Origin: Actinomycetota bacterium
GTDB lineage: Bacteria; Actinomycetota; AC-67
Length of the DNA stretch: 64,000 nucleotides
Reading direction: 5' to 3'
NCBI GenBank assembly: GCA_020201525.1
Contig: JAIVGO010000095.1
Coordinates: 7,214-71,213 of the forward strand
The translations under genes and the position numbers were made by a program. Shown one piece after another: positions 27,560 through 38,054 of this stretch; the first letter of the stretch is position 1, and the number at the start of each line of letters is the position of its first letter. The notes below the pieces were generated by a model that saw only the letters and a program-made list of their open reading frames with translations, was not told where the DNA came from and ran no database searches.

Positions 27560-27565
27560 TCGGCG

Positions 27566-29005
27566 ATGCTGGAGCGGTTGCGCGCCCTGCGGCTCGAAGG
27601 TCACCGCAGCGTCATCCTGATTCGCCTCGGTCTGTTGCTGCTGGTTCTGTTCGCCGCGTCCCGCGCCGTCGCGCCGTCGACGTTCCCTGTGAAGTCCGGC
27701 GACCTCGTCGTCGACCTCGTTCCGTCGATTCCCGGCGGCAAGCTCGAATTGGAGCTCGGCCCATTCGGACGGTTGAGCTGGAACACTCATCACGCTCCGA
27801 TGAACATCGAGGCGACGTTCCGCCTCGGTCGAACCGTGCGGAACTTTCCGACGTCGGAAGACCTCGACGCACTGCGAAGCAAGCTCCTTTTGGCGAAGCT
27901 TCCGTGGGTCTTGCTCGCCGGCGCGGCAGCCGCGGCACTCCTCACACAGAATCCGTCCCGCGTTCGGTTCAAGGTCGCAGCGGCAGGCGCGGGGATATCG
28001 TCGCTCCTCGTTGCGATCACCGTGCTCGCGACCGCGCTGACGTTCAACGCCGACGCGCTGAAGCATCCTTCCTACCGTGGTCCGATCCAGGACGCACCGC
28101 GCGTCATCTCGCTGCTGCGCGAGGCGCAGGGCAACTTGGCCGGCGTGAAGCGCAACATCACGAAGGTGATCGCCGGATTGAGCCGGATCCACACCCAAAT
28201 CACAACGCCGGCGTCGGCGACGCCGCTCGCAACAACGCGAGTGCTCGTCATCTCCGACATTCACAACAACCCGGTCGGGCTTCTCATCGCCAAGGAGATG
28301 GCCGATCAATTCGGCGTCGATGCCGTCATCGATGCCGGGGATTTCACCGACCGAGGATCTGCCCCGGAAGCGGAGCTCTTCGCACGATTCGCTTCGCTGG
28401 GCGTGCCGCACATCGTGATCGGCGGTAACCACGAAGATCGCGCGGTGCTCGGTCGCATCAAGCGCATTCCCGGCGTGAGGCTGCTCGAATCCAGAACAAT
28501 GGACACCGCGCACATCAAGGACATCGTCGTACTCGGCGACACCGACCCGAATGCGTATTCGATCGACTCCAACCCCTACAACGAGGTGGCGCAGCGGGGG
28601 CTTCCCGCCAAGTGTGACCGGCTGAACGAGCGCTTTCTCGAGCTCCGTCCGGCAATCGTGATGGTGCATGATCCGCGCATGGGCGACTGCGTCGCCGATG
28701 ATGCGGAGGCGAATCAGCTGCCGCTCGTGTACGTGTGGGGTCACTTGCACCGGCAGTCGTACGCGGAACGTGGCAGTGTCGTGTCGTTGTCCCCCGGCAC
28801 CAGCGGAGCGAACGGCATCAAGACCGGCAAGGCGGCGCCGTACGGTTTCGTGATGCTCGACTTCGACGCCGAAACCGACGCACTTTCGTCCGTCTGCTTG
28901 TTTTCATTCGACGGGCCGAGCTTGCTGCGCGAGGCAACGTGTCACCTCACGCCGTCCGGACGGCAGCCGCCGCTCAGCGCTGTGCGCCGCAGCAATAGCC
29001 CCTAG
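27566..29005 (+). CDS. Membrane-anchored metallophosphoesterase (calcineurin-like)
   Basis: N-terminal TM helices. Motifs VISDIHNN, GDFTDRG, GGNHED and VWGHLH match MPP motifs I-V. Confidence 0.65.
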   Translation: MLERLRALRLEGHRSVILIRLGLLLLVLFAASRAVAPSTFPVKSGDLVVDLVPSIPGGKLELELGPFGRLSWNTHHAPMNIEATFRLGRTVRNFPTSEDLDALRSKLLLAKLPWVLLAGAAAAALLTQNPSRVRFKVAAAGAGISSLLVAITVLATALTFNADALKHPSYRGPIQDAPRVISLLREAQGNLAGVKRNITKVIAGLSRIHTQITTPASATPLATTRVLVISDIHNNPVGLLIAKEMADQFGVDAVIDAGDFTDRGSAPEAELFARFASLGVPHIVIGGNHEDRAVLGRIKRIPGVRLLESRTMDTAHIKDIVVLGDTDPNAYSIDSNPYNEVAQRGLPAKCDRLNERFLELRPAIVMVHDPRMGDCVADDAEANQLPLVYVWGHLHRQSYAERGSVVSLSPGTSGANGIKTGKAAPYGFVMLDFDAETDALSSVCLFSFDGPSLLREATCHLTPSGRQPPLSAVRRSNSP

Positions 29006-29089
29006 GTCATTTGCCCTATTGACCTGAGCTTGCTTGGAACCGTTTTCTTGGGAGCACTGATTGGGCGAGCTAACAGCGGGTTGAGGGAC

Positions 29090-29779
29090 ATGAAAGTCTG
29101 GGAAGACACCGCCGGCGGCGGTACGAATGGACTTCGTTCTTTTCGTGCTGCCCAGATCAAGACCGCGTCCCTTTATCTGAGCGTGATCGCAGCCGGCACC
29201 GCCGGTACGCTCGGCGCCGCTGAAGCGCTTCGTCACGGTGTCGGGGTTTGGGCCGGCCTCGTTGCAGGCGTGGCGCTGACGACTCTTGTCGGCCGCCGCG
29301 CGGCGCGGCCGGTGACGCATCACGTTGTCCGGCGCGACGGTGAGACCGCGCGCGCACTCCGGCGCCTCCCGCCGACCTTCGTCATCCTCGAAGAGATCGT
29401 GCTGCCGGCATCGAAGAAAACGATCGAGCACGTGATTGCCGGGACGACCGGTGTCTTTCTCGTGTCGGTTCGGACAGCGCGTCAAAACGTTCGCTTGGAA
29501 CAGGGAGATCTGTGGATCGATGGGTGGCGCCGCACCGACGCGGTCTCGCGGGCCCGGCGCCAAGCAGAGATTGTCGCCCGAGCGATCTCGCTGGATGTCG
29601 TCCCGGTGCTTTGCATCGAAGGAGCGAGCGCGAAGAGGCACTCCGTCGATGGTGTGAGGATCGTCTCGTCTCGTGCGCTCCGGCGCCTGCTGACCCGCGG
29701 GAAGTCGGTTCACACACCGGACGACATTCGCAGGATCGGCGACCTCGCGACCAGCAGGCTGGTGGCCGCGACCCGCTGA
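29090..29779 (+). CDS. NERD (nuclease-related domain) protein
   Basis: Track ORF 29030..29779. HVIAGTTGVFLVSVRTA core typical of NERD. Start placed at MKVWED. Confidence 0.5.
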   Translation: MKVWEDTAGGGTNGLRSFRAAQIKTASLYLSVIAAGTAGTLGAAEALRHGVGVWAGLVAGVALTTLVGRRAARPVTHHVVRRDGETARALRRLPPTFVILEEIVLPASKKTIEHVIAGTTGVFLVSVRTARQNVRLEQGDLWIDGWRRTDAVSRARRQAEIVARAISLDVVPVLCIEGASAKRHSVDGVRIVSSRALRRLLTRGKSVHTPDDIRRIGDLATSRLVAATR

Positions 29780-29782
29780 GGC

Positions 29783-32467
29783 TCAGCGCTGCGTCATGCG
29801 CGCCTGCAATGTCTCGCGAACGAGTGCGAGCAGCTGCTCGGGCGTGAACGGCTTTCCGATAAAGCGCACGCCTTCCCCCGCGTCGCCGGGATCGGAAATC
29901 GACTCGGCGTAGCCGGACATGCAAATTGCCGGCAAGTCGGGCCGCGCGCGGTGGAGATACGAGATCAGCTCGGGACCCGACATCTGCGGCATCACAACGT
30001 CGGTCAGGAGCAAGTCGATGGGCGGATCCGATTGCTCGGCGATGGAGATGGCCTCGGAGCCATTCGCGGCCGCCAAAACCCGGTAACCCTTGTCCGACAG
30101 CGTGAGCGAGACGAGCTCGAGCATCGACGCGTTGTCCTCTACGACGAGAACCGTCTCGCCGCTTCGGGCGAACTGCTCCCGCGGAGCGGGAGATTCGACG
30201 CCGGACGGCGACGCATGCTCACTGGCGGGAATGTGGATCGTGAACGTCGTGCCGCGACCCGGCACAGACCGAACGGTTATCGTCCCGCCGGACTGACGCA
30301 CGATCCCGTACACCGTTGCGAGGCCGAGCCCGGTCCCGAGACCTTTCGGCTTCGTCGTGAAGAACGGCTCGAAGGCGTGCGCGGCCACGTTGTCCTCCAT
30401 CCCGATTCCGGTATCGCTGACGCGGAGCCGCACGTGCTTTCCGGGGTTTACGCCGGGATTCATACGCGCGTCGAACTCGTCGAGCGTGTCGTTCGATGTT
30501 TCGATCGTGAGAGAGCCGCCCTCCGGCATTGCATCGCGCGCATTTACGGCGAGGTTCGTCAGCACCTGCTCGATTTGCGCAGGGTCGGCTTTGATGAGGG
30601 CCAAGTCCGGCGCGAGCGAAAACCGCAACTCGATCGTCTCGCGTACGCTGCGGCGCAGAAGCTCCTCGATGTCGCGGATAATCGCGTTCAAATCGACGAT
30701 GCGCGGCGTCACCGCTTCACGGCGGCTGAAAGTCAGGAGTTGCTTGGTCAGCGTGGCCGCGCGGTCCGCGGCTCGCTCAATTTGATCGAGATTTCGGACA
30801 AGTGATGCGCGAGCATCGTCCGGTAGGGCGGAAAGATGGCGGTCCATGTCTCCCTTCGTCAGGCCCGCAAAGCCCAGAATGATCCCGAGAATGTTGTTGA
30901 AGTCATGCGCGACGCCTCCCGCCAAGTGCCCGAGGCTCTCCAGCCGGCGCGAGTGGTTGAGCTGCATTTGCAGCTCTTCACGTTCTTGCTGCGCTCGGAC
31001 GCGCTCGGTGATGTCTCGCGTAACGTTGGAGAATCCTCGCAACGTTCCGTCGTCGTCGATAAGCGGCGTCATGACGACGTTGGCAAAGAAGCGTGATCCG
31101 TCTTTGCGCAACCGCCATCCTTCTTGCTCGGAACGCCCTTGCTTGACGGCAAGTTCGAGATTGGCTCGAGGGCGGCCGACCGCAACGTCTTCCGGCGTGT
31201 AGAAGCAGGAAAAGTGCCGGCCGACGACTTCCTCCGCGCGCCATCCTTTGATGTGCTGCGCGCCGGCGTTCCACGTGCGCACTCTGCCGTCGGTGGAGAG
31301 GGCGAAGATCGCGTAGTCGCTCACGCCTTCGATGAGCGCCGCGTTCGTGCGGGCGAGGTCTCGCACGCGATCCTCAAGGTTCCGCGTCAGTGCAAGGTTG
31401 TCGAGGAGAGTGAAAAGCTGCCGGGCGACGACGAACACAACAACGACAAGCATGTTCCAAAACAAGAACGGTTCGAGAGGCGTCGCCCGAGACCACGCCG
31501 CGGCCAAGATGATGACCAGTGCCACAGCGCCATACGGCAAGAGTGCACCGAGACGGCCCGGACGATGGTCGTCCTCCGTAATCTCAGCCGGCCGTCCAAG
31601 CGCGAGAACGGCGCCGAGCATCATGAGAAGGAATCCGATCTCCCACAGAGGGTCGATCAAGCTCCCCGATGCATACGTCTCATGCAGGTTCTGATAAATG
31701 AAGCCGCTATCGGCGAACGCCAGCAGGACGAGACCGGCGCCGATGAATCCGAGCGCGCTCCGATGACCGCGCGCGGCGCGAGCCGCGATGAACAGCACGA
31801 TCGACAGCAAGGCAACGTCCCCGATCGGGTACGCCACGCCAATGATCTTTTCCAGCCCGCTGCCGGCTCCTTCGCGATAGGTGGGTCCGAGCACCGTCCC
31901 CCAGCTCACGAACAGAAGTGATCCGACGATGATCAAGCCGTCGAACAATGTGCGCGCTTGCGACGTGATGCGACGGGGCACGGAAGGAAAAGCAAGCAGC
32001 CCCGCTACGGCGAGCGGTATGAGGCCGAGATACCCGAGATCGGCGAGCGAAGGGAACGGCACCTCGCGATCCAAGCCGAGCTCGTAGAACGACCAAATGG
32101 CTTCGCCGAGCGCCCACGACAGCGCCGCCGCTCCCAACAGGGTCCAGGCGCGGCGCGCACGACCTTGCGTCCGGCGGGCCACGAACCAGCAGGCGACTGC
32201 GGTCGAAAGGGGTACCGGGATCGCGACGAGATCGCTCCACCACTGGGTGGCGCGCTCCCCGCCGAATTGCCAATGGATCCACGAAACATCGACGGCGGCG
32301 AGAACGAGGGCAGCGATCGCCGCAATGATGAAGGGGCGCCGCGACGACGCCGGCACGGGCAACGCTGTGTCGGTCAAGGTCTCTCCCAATCCCCAATGAC
32401 AATGTAACGGGTGAAAGCTCGCGCGGCTAGTCATTGTGCGGCGGCGAACCGGCCGCCTCATGTTCAC
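29783..32467 (-). CDS. Hybrid sensor histidine kinase/response regulator (polytopic membrane N-domain, PAS, HisKA, HATPase_c, REC)
   Basis: H-box SRRLESLGHLAGGVAHDFNNIL, an ATPase G-box, and a C-terminal receiver VLVVEDNASMLE...LLLTDVVMPQMSG. N-terminal approximately 330 aa are multi-TM. Exact start (M1, M3 or M12) is uncertain. Confidence 0.75.
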   Translation of the reverse strand: MNMRRPVRRRTMTSRASFHPLHCHWGLGETLTDTALPVPASSRRPFIIAAIAALVLAAVDVSWIHWQFGGERATQWWSDLVAIPVPLSTAVACWFVARRTQGRARRAWTLLGAAALSWALGEAIWSFYELGLDREVPFPSLADLGYLGLIPLAVAGLLAFPSVPRRITSQARTLFDGLIIVGSLLFVSWGTVLGPTYREGAGSGLEKIIGVAYPIGDVALLSIVLFIAARAARGHRSALGFIGAGLVLLAFADSGFIYQNLHETYASGSLIDPLWEIGFLLMMLGAVLALGRPAEITEDDHRPGRLGALLPYGAVALVIILAAAWSRATPLEPFLFWNMLVVVVFVVARQLFTLLDNLALTRNLEDRVRDLARTNAALIEGVSDYAIFALSTDGRVRTWNAGAQHIKGWRAEEVVGRHFSCFYTPEDVAVGRPRANLELAVKQGRSEQEGWRLRKDGSRFFANVVMTPLIDDDGTLRGFSNVTRDITERVRAQQEREELQMQLNHSRRLESLGHLAGGVAHDFNNILGIILGFAGLTKGDMDRHLSALPDDARASLVRNLDQIERAADRAATLTKQLLTFSRREAVTPRIVDLNAIIRDIEELLRRSVRETIELRFSLAPDLALIKADPAQIEQVLTNLAVNARDAMPEGGSLTIETSNDTLDEFDARMNPGVNPGKHVRLRVSDTGIGMEDNVAAHAFEPFFTTKPKGLGTGLGLATVYGIVRQSGGTITVRSVPGRGTTFTIHIPASEHASPSGVESPAPREQFARSGETVLVVEDNASMLELVSLTLSDKGYRVLAAANGSEAISIAEQSDPPIDLLLTDVVMPQMSGPELISYLHRARPDLPAICMSGYAESISDPGDAGEGVRFIGKPFTPEQLLALVRETLQARMTQR

Positions 32468-32537
32468 GAGGCCATCGGGAAACCAAGGAGGTGAGCGGCC
32501 GCCCGCCCACCTCCTTGGTTTTCTTGTTTTTTGTCCT

Positions 32538-34733
32538 TTACCGCTTCTTGATACGCAGCGAAACGGTCGTCGTCCTCGTCAACGATCCGCTCGTGCCCGC
32601 GATCGTCAATGTCGACGTCGAGGGCTTGGACCCCGACGTGGTCGTGATCGTCAGCGTCGAGGATGCCGACGTTGGATTCGGTCCGAACGAATAGCTTGTC
32701 CCGGCCGGCAAGCCCGTCAGGGACAGCGTGACCGATCCGGCGAAACCATTCGTGCCGTTGACCGTGATGACGTACGTCGTCGAGCTTCCGGCAACGACCG
32801 TTTGACTGCCGGGCGACGCCGACAGGGTGAAGTCGGGCTGCGCAGTCGCATTGACGATCAGCGACACCGAGGTCGAATGCGTCAGCGATCCGCTCGTCCC
32901 GGTAATCGTCAGCGGGTATGTTCCCGCCGGCGTGCTCGCACTCGTGGCCACCGACAGCGTAGAAGCCGACGTCGCAGGGTTCGGGCTGAACGAACCGGAT
33001 GCGTTCGCCGGCAACCCGGACACCGACAGAGCGACGGAGCCGTTGAATCCGTTCTGCGGATTCACCGACACGTTGTACGAAGTCGATCCGCCCTGGGTCA
33101 CGGTTTGGGAGGACGGCGAGGCCGTCAGCGAGAAGTCCGGCGTCGTCTGCGTCGAACACGACGCAAACTTGAACGATCCGATCCGCGTGCTCCAGTTGAA
33201 CGAGCCGTCGGACTTCAAATACTCGCTCGTGAACCAGAACGTACAATCGTCGGTGGGATCGACGCTCATCGAGGCGTAGTCGCCCCAACGGTCGAGTGTG
33301 AAGTCTTGGGACCCACCGCCGTTGATCAGCGTGCCTTCGCCTTGACCCATCACCCCGAGAGGATCGGTGGTCACGTGCCCCGTGTAACGAATGCCCGGGT
33401 GCATGCTGCTGCTGGAAACGCTGTAGCCGAGCCCGACGTTTCCGCTGTGGTCCATCGCCGCGCTTCCCATCCAGCGATAGCTCGAATCCGGCGCGTACGT
33501 CCCTTGCTGGTACACGCTCGGCGCGGATCCCGGGCTCCGCAGCTCATACCAGCGAACGCCGACGGAGCTGCCGGCCGTCACACTGTGATTGACGACGAGT
33601 GATTCATGGTCGCCGAAGTTGCGATATGCCAAGCGGTACATGAGGCGGTCGCCGAGCGAGTCCAGCGACCCGCTGAAGGCGCCGCTCTGTGGAATGCACG
33701 CACCGCCGCCGCACGCTTCGCTGAAACCCGCGACGCCGATGGCGCTCGGGCCGGCGAACGTCGTGTTTGCCGGAGTCGCCCAATCAACGTGGAACTTCCA
33801 CAGGTTCAGCGTGTTTGCGGTTACGTTCAGGATGTAGTTCGGCGAGCCGGCGGGCGGTGCCGTCGAGCCGTCGATGTCCGACGGAAGAAGACCGCCGTAG
33901 GTCGACGAGGTCGTCTTGCATTGCTGCGTCGCCACGGCACCGATGAGCATCTTCGAGCGGTCGTACGCGCAGATCTCGCTCCCGAGGAACGACGTGCCGC
34001 TCGAGTTAAACAAGTTGAAGGTGATGTAGTAAGCGTCGGACCACACGCCGAGCTTCGGATAGTCGGGGAAATTCGAATAGCTGAATGCGTACCGGTAGTA
34101 CGTTCCCGTCGGGTCGCCGGTGGTCGAGACCGCGACACACTCCAAATACGGCGTCGTCGAAACGGAGAACTGCGTGATGATCCAGCGATCCGCCGACTTG
34201 TCGTACTTCACGGTTCCATCGCCGTCGTTGTTGCTCTGACACCCGCCGCCGAATCCGCTCCAAAGCGTCTTCGTGAGAGCCGGACCGTATATGAAGCTGC
34301 CCGTCTTGCTGAAAACGGCGAAGGATAGGTTCACGATCTGGACGTAGTGATTCGGCCCGACATCCCCGTCGGTGTCCGGCGGCGCGACGTTTACGCTGAC
34401 GTTGGGCTCGCCGACTCCATCGAAGTTCGTGCTCGTAGCCGGTGCCGACGCAGTTCCCTGGCTGGACTGCACCGCGGTGTCCGTTCCGTGACTGGCGACA
34501 AGAGGAAGGTGGCCTTTTTCCTTCTCCTTCTTTTCCTTCTTCCCGTCATCCGTCGCCGGCGCGATGTCGCGCAGCGCGGGCGAGGTGTCGTGATGCACGG
34601 CCGGGCCGGAATCGGTTTTCGGTTTCGCCGGCGCCGCCGACGGCGGGAGAGCCAGCAGCAAGCCGAGCGCGAGAATAGCCGCAATCCCAAAGCGCAATGG
34701 AGATCGGAGGCGAAAAGCAGAGAGCTGATGCAC
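32538..34733 (-). CDS. Secreted protein with large N-terminal beta-rich domain and two tandem C-terminal Ig-like repeats
   Basis: Signal peptide. RWGDYASMSVDP-type motif. Two approximately 100-aa repeats (PDFSLTASP.../PDFTLSASP...) at the C-terminus. Confidence 0.6.
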   Translation of the reverse strand: MHQLSAFRLRSPLRFGIAAILALGLLLALPPSAAPAKPKTDSGPAVHHDTSPALRDIAPATDDGKKEKKEKEKGHLPLVASHGTDTAVQSSQGTASAPATSTNFDGVGEPNVSVNVAPPDTDGDVGPNHYVQIVNLSFAVFSKTGSFIYGPALTKTLWSGFGGGCQSNNDGDGTVKYDKSADRWIITQFSVSTTPYLECVAVSTTGDPTGTYYRYAFSYSNFPDYPKLGVWSDAYYITFNLFNSSGTSFLGSEICAYDRSKMLIGAVATQQCKTTSSTYGGLLPSDIDGSTAPPAGSPNYILNVTANTLNLWKFHVDWATPANTTFAGPSAIGVAGFSEACGGGACIPQSGAFSGSLDSLGDRLMYRLAYRNFGDHESLVVNHSVTAGSSVGVRWYELRSPGSAPSVYQQGTYAPDSSYRWMGSAAMDHSGNVGLGYSVSSSSMHPGIRYTGHVTTDPLGVMGQGEGTLINGGGSQDFTLDRWGDYASMSVDPTDDCTFWFTSEYLKSDGSFNWSTRIGSFKFASCSTQTTPDFSLTASPSSQTVTQGGSTSYNVSVNPQNGFNGSVALSVSGLPANASGSFSPNPATSASTLSVATSASTPAGTYPLTITGTSGSLTHSTSVSLIVNATAQPDFTLSASPGSQTVVAGSSTTYVITVNGTNGFAGSVTLSLTGLPAGTSYSFGPNPTSASSTLTITTTSGSKPSTSTLTIAGTSGSLTRTTTVSLRIKKR
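32541..33140 (-). repeat. Tandem intragenic repeat (2 x approximately 300 nt) encoding Ig-like modules
   Basis: aa 532-632 and 633-731 of the 32538..34733 protein are roughly 60% identical. The similarity is also visible at DNA level in the opposite-strand ORFs. Confidence 0.6.
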
Positions 34734-34938
34734 GAGCGCACCCCCAAGGGCGTAGGGCGGAGCCGCTCGCCGGCCGGCAACCCCTGAAGCGGCCTGCGAG
34801 TAGCGGCCGGAAGATCACCGGCCAGACGTCACCATACGCAAGCGCCTATCGTGCGGCAATGGGACGAATCAGAAACGTGCGAATTTCCCTGCCCTCGGGC
34901 CCAAGCGATACTCGCGCAGAGCCACGTACAGTGGCCGA

Positions 34939-35907
34939 ATGCGTTTCCGCGTTGCAGCGACGGCCCTCGTGCTGGCCACGTCTGCCCTTGCATGCTCGGG
35001 CTCCAGCGAAACGACGGCCGGCAAGACGAGCTCCTCGGCTGTCGCCGCTTCCGAACCGTCTGCGCACCCACCGGCACGCGTCGTCAAGATCACCACGGAA
35101 CTCGGTGCGAACTTCATTGCGATCACCGACGACGCCGCCTGGGTGACGCAAACCGAGGCCGGCAAAGTCGCCCGAATCGACCCTGTATCCAACAAGATCG
35201 TCGCGCAAGTCACGGTCGGAACGTCGCCGGCGTCGATCGCCACCGGCTTCAACCGTCTCTGGATCGCAAACTCCGGCGAGACGTCGCTGAGCGTCGTTGA
35301 TCCGAAGAGCAATCGCGTCGTGAAAACCGTCGCGCTGAAGAGCCGGCCCGACAACGTGTCGGCGGGCCTCGGCTTCGTGTGGGTTGCCAGCTCCACCGCC
35401 GGCGCGATCTATCAAATCGCCCCCGCCACGTATGCGCTCGTGCGGACAATCGCAGTTGAGGGCACGGAAGACGTCGTTGCCGGGGATGAAGGGCTCTGGG
35501 CGATCGGGCCGGGAAAGAACAAGCTCACACAACTCGATCCGGAGACCGGCAACATCATGACGTCGATCGACGTGAAAGACGGCGCGCATTCGATCGCGCT
35601 CGGCTCGGGAGCGGTATGGACCGGAAGCGGACCGAACGGCAACGCAATCACCCGAATATCCGGCGCGGGTCCCAACAAGGCAATACCCGTAGAGGCCGGG
35701 GCCTTTCCCGACCGCATCGCGTTCTCTCCGGGCGCCGTATGGGTCGGCGAGTTCCGCCGATTCGCCGTCGTGAAGATCGACCCCGAGACAAACGCGATCG
35801 TCGACAAGATCACCGTCGGAAACGGTCCGGCCGTCGTGGCCGTGGGTTTCAGGTCCTTGTGGGTTGCCAACTACAACGAGAGCACGATCTGGCGGTTACC
35901 TCTCTGA
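34939..35907 (+). CDS. Lipoprotein with beta-propeller (YVTN/NHL-like) repeats
   Basis: ALVLATSALACSGS lipobox. Repeated ...WVA/WIAN...G.V..IDP..N.V blades. Confidence 0.55.
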   Translation: MRFRVAATALVLATSALACSGSSETTAGKTSSSAVAASEPSAHPPARVVKITTELGANFIAITDDAAWVTQTEAGKVARIDPVSNKIVAQVTVGTSPASIATGFNRLWIANSGETSLSVVDPKSNRVVKTVALKSRPDNVSAGLGFVWVASSTAGAIYQIAPATYALVRTIAVEGTEDVVAGDEGLWAIGPGKNKLTQLDPETGNIMTSIDVKDGAHSIALGSGAVWTGSGPNGNAITRISGAGPNKAIPVEAGAFPDRIAFSPGAVWVGEFRRFAVVKIDPETNAIVDKITVGNGPAVVAVGFRSLWVANYNESTIWRLPL

Positions 35908-35967
35908 TAGAAATCATGCTTTCGCCCTAGGCAGACGACGGCATGCAACGGTAGGCTGCTCGCACAC

Positions 35968-37944
35968 ATGAAATTGGGCGGTGTCTTTTCTATCGGGCGT
36001 GCGCGTCTGCTGCTTGCCATTTGCTTGATGCTCGCTTCGCTCGGAACGGCAACGGCGTCGTCGGCCCTCGGAACGCCGCCCGTCGCGACGATCAGCATTT
36101 CGGGCGCGCTGTCTGCAACGCAGAAAGTCGTCTTCGACAAAGACGTTCTCGGCGTATCGTCGGACAACACGCGCATTCGGTTCATGGACGATGCCACGCC
36201 GGTATCCGCGTCGATCCGGTGTTGGAACGGATCGAGCGCCGCGGTGGGGTGTACTTCGGGGCCGGTTCGCAGCGTTACGATCAAAACTGTCGCACCGTTG
36301 ATTGCCGGACAGTCGTACACGGTGATCGTGAATCCGGATGGCGTGACCCCGGTCGTCGATATGCAAGGCAACGCCGCAGCCGCGACCCTCCGGTCGTTTC
36401 GGGCGTCGGTCAACGAACAAGAGACAAGCGCAGGCGCGACCTATCTGTGGCGCCGTGTCAATGATTCCGCGGCGCTCGGCGGCAGCTACCGAACCGAACG
36501 CGACGCAGGAACGAGAGCCGTCTTTCGCTTCTCGGGGACCCAAGTTACGTGGTACACACGGCTCGGGCCCGCTGAAGGCCGCGCGGCCGTCGTCATCGAC
36601 GGCGTGTCCCGCGTGGTCAATAACTACCACTCGACGATCGTGATGCAGTACCGCCGCCTCTTCACCGGTTTGTCCGGCGGCGCGCACGTTCTGGTCGTGG
36701 TCGTTCGCGGCGAGAAAGGCTCGACGGCGGCAACCGGACAGTGGGTCGCGATCGACGCGATGCGACTCGGCTCAGGCCCGTTGCAAGAACCGGTGTACCA
36801 GTGGCGGCCGGTCTCGGCCGGCGGGGCGTCGGGTGGAGCGATCACCCGCACGTCGACCCCTGGGAGCCGCGTGCAATTTCCGTTCCGCGGCGCGGGAATC
36901 GACTGGTTCACCATCACCGGCCCGAGTGAAGGCCTCGTAAACATGTACATCGACGGCCGCTTGATCAAGACGGTCGACAACTATTCTGCATCGACTCACT
37001 ACGGGGTCCGACGCACGATCATCGGCATGTCAGACACCGTCCACACCCTTTCGCTGATCGTGATGGGGAAGCGAAACCGCGCGTCGAAAGCCAATTCGAT
37101 TGCGGTGGACCGGTGGGTCCTGCGGGCCGACACCGCCGCATTTCGAAAGCTCGCAACGTGGGTCGACCTGTACGACTACACATCCTCCACGGCGGAGTCC
37201 ACCATTCAGTCGCGCGTCGCCGACATGAAGGCGCGCGGCGTCCGGACGATCTTCCTCCAGACCGGACGCTACAACACAGCCGCATTCAGCAACCCGACTC
37301 AAGTCGCACAGTGGCTCACGCACGCACACGCGGCCGGGTTACGCGTCGTCGGCTGGTACTTGCCGGCCTACAGCGAGTATCTCAGCGGCGACATCGCGAA
37401 GACTGCGGTCATAGCGTCGTACGTCAGCCCGACGGGCCACCGCTTCGACGGGCTCGCAATCGATATCGAGTACCGGGCAAAGACTTCGAGCAAGACCGAA
37501 TTCTTCAACGGGATCACCTCGCAGCTTGCCGGCGTGCGGGGACGCGTGGGTCTCGTCTACCCCGTCGGCGCCATTACGTTTGCACCGCTCGACATGGATT
37601 TGTGGACGGCCGGATGGGACGGTTTTCCGTGGGCGTCGGTCGGCAAGTATGCGAACGCCGTCATGCCGATGGGCTATTGGTCGAACCGCGACTCACGTTG
37701 TTCGGGCGGGGACACTGCGTACTGCCCCTACCAATACACACTCACGAACATCCAGCGGTCGCGCAGTTACACGGGCTTACCGGTTCACGACATCGGCGGC
37801 GTGGGGCATCAAGTAACGGCGAGCGAAGTCTCCAAGTACGTGCAAGCCGAGAAAGCCGGACGCGCCTACGGCGGGAGCCTCTACGATTACGGCGTGACGG
37901 CCACGAGCTTCTGGGCCTACCTCGACGACCTCAACGCCCTGTAA
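35968..37944 (+). CDS. Secreted protein with C-terminal glycoside-hydrolase-like TIM-barrel (GHL/DUF4015-type) domain
   Basis: Signal peptide. C-terminal half (RGVRTIFLQTGRYN...GLRVVGWYLPAY...GLAIDIEY) resembles glycosyl-hydrolase-like families. Tentative. Confidence 0.45.
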   Translation: MKLGGVFSIGRARLLLAICLMLASLGTATASSALGTPPVATISISGALSATQKVVFDKDVLGVSSDNTRIRFMDDATPVSASIRCWNGSSAAVGCTSGPVRSVTIKTVAPLIAGQSYTVIVNPDGVTPVVDMQGNAAAATLRSFRASVNEQETSAGATYLWRRVNDSAALGGSYRTERDAGTRAVFRFSGTQVTWYTRLGPAEGRAAVVIDGVSRVVNNYHSTIVMQYRRLFTGLSGGAHVLVVVVRGEKGSTAATGQWVAIDAMRLGSGPLQEPVYQWRPVSAGGASGGAITRTSTPGSRVQFPFRGAGIDWFTITGPSEGLVNMYIDGRLIKTVDNYSASTHYGVRRTIIGMSDTVHTLSLIVMGKRNRASKANSIAVDRWVLRADTAAFRKLATWVDLYDYTSSTAESTIQSRVADMKARGVRTIFLQTGRYNTAAFSNPTQVAQWLTHAHAAGLRVVGWYLPAYSEYLSGDIAKTAVIASYVSPTGHRFDGLAIDIEYRAKTSSKTEFFNGITSQLAGVRGRVGLVYPVGAITFAPLDMDLWTAGWDGFPWASVGKYANAVMPMGYWSNRDSRCSGGDTAYCPYQYTLTNIQRSRSYTGLPVHDIGGVGHQVTASEVSKYVQAEKAGRAYGGSLYDYGVTATSFWAYLDDLNAL

Positions 37945-38054
37945 ACAAACGTACAGGTGCGGGCCTGTCATAAAGAGTGGTGCGAGCCTGTCACGGTCGA
38001 TGCGCGCCGGCGATTAGCATTTCCGGACAACGATCGATAACGGGGGGTAATGGG

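Noticed and set aside
29775-29790. GCTGAGGCTCAGC palindrome at the NERD/hybrid-kinase convergent junction as a terminator
   Set aside because: A 6-bp stem with a 1-nt loop cannot form a stable hairpin. The sequence is simply the two overlapping stop regions.
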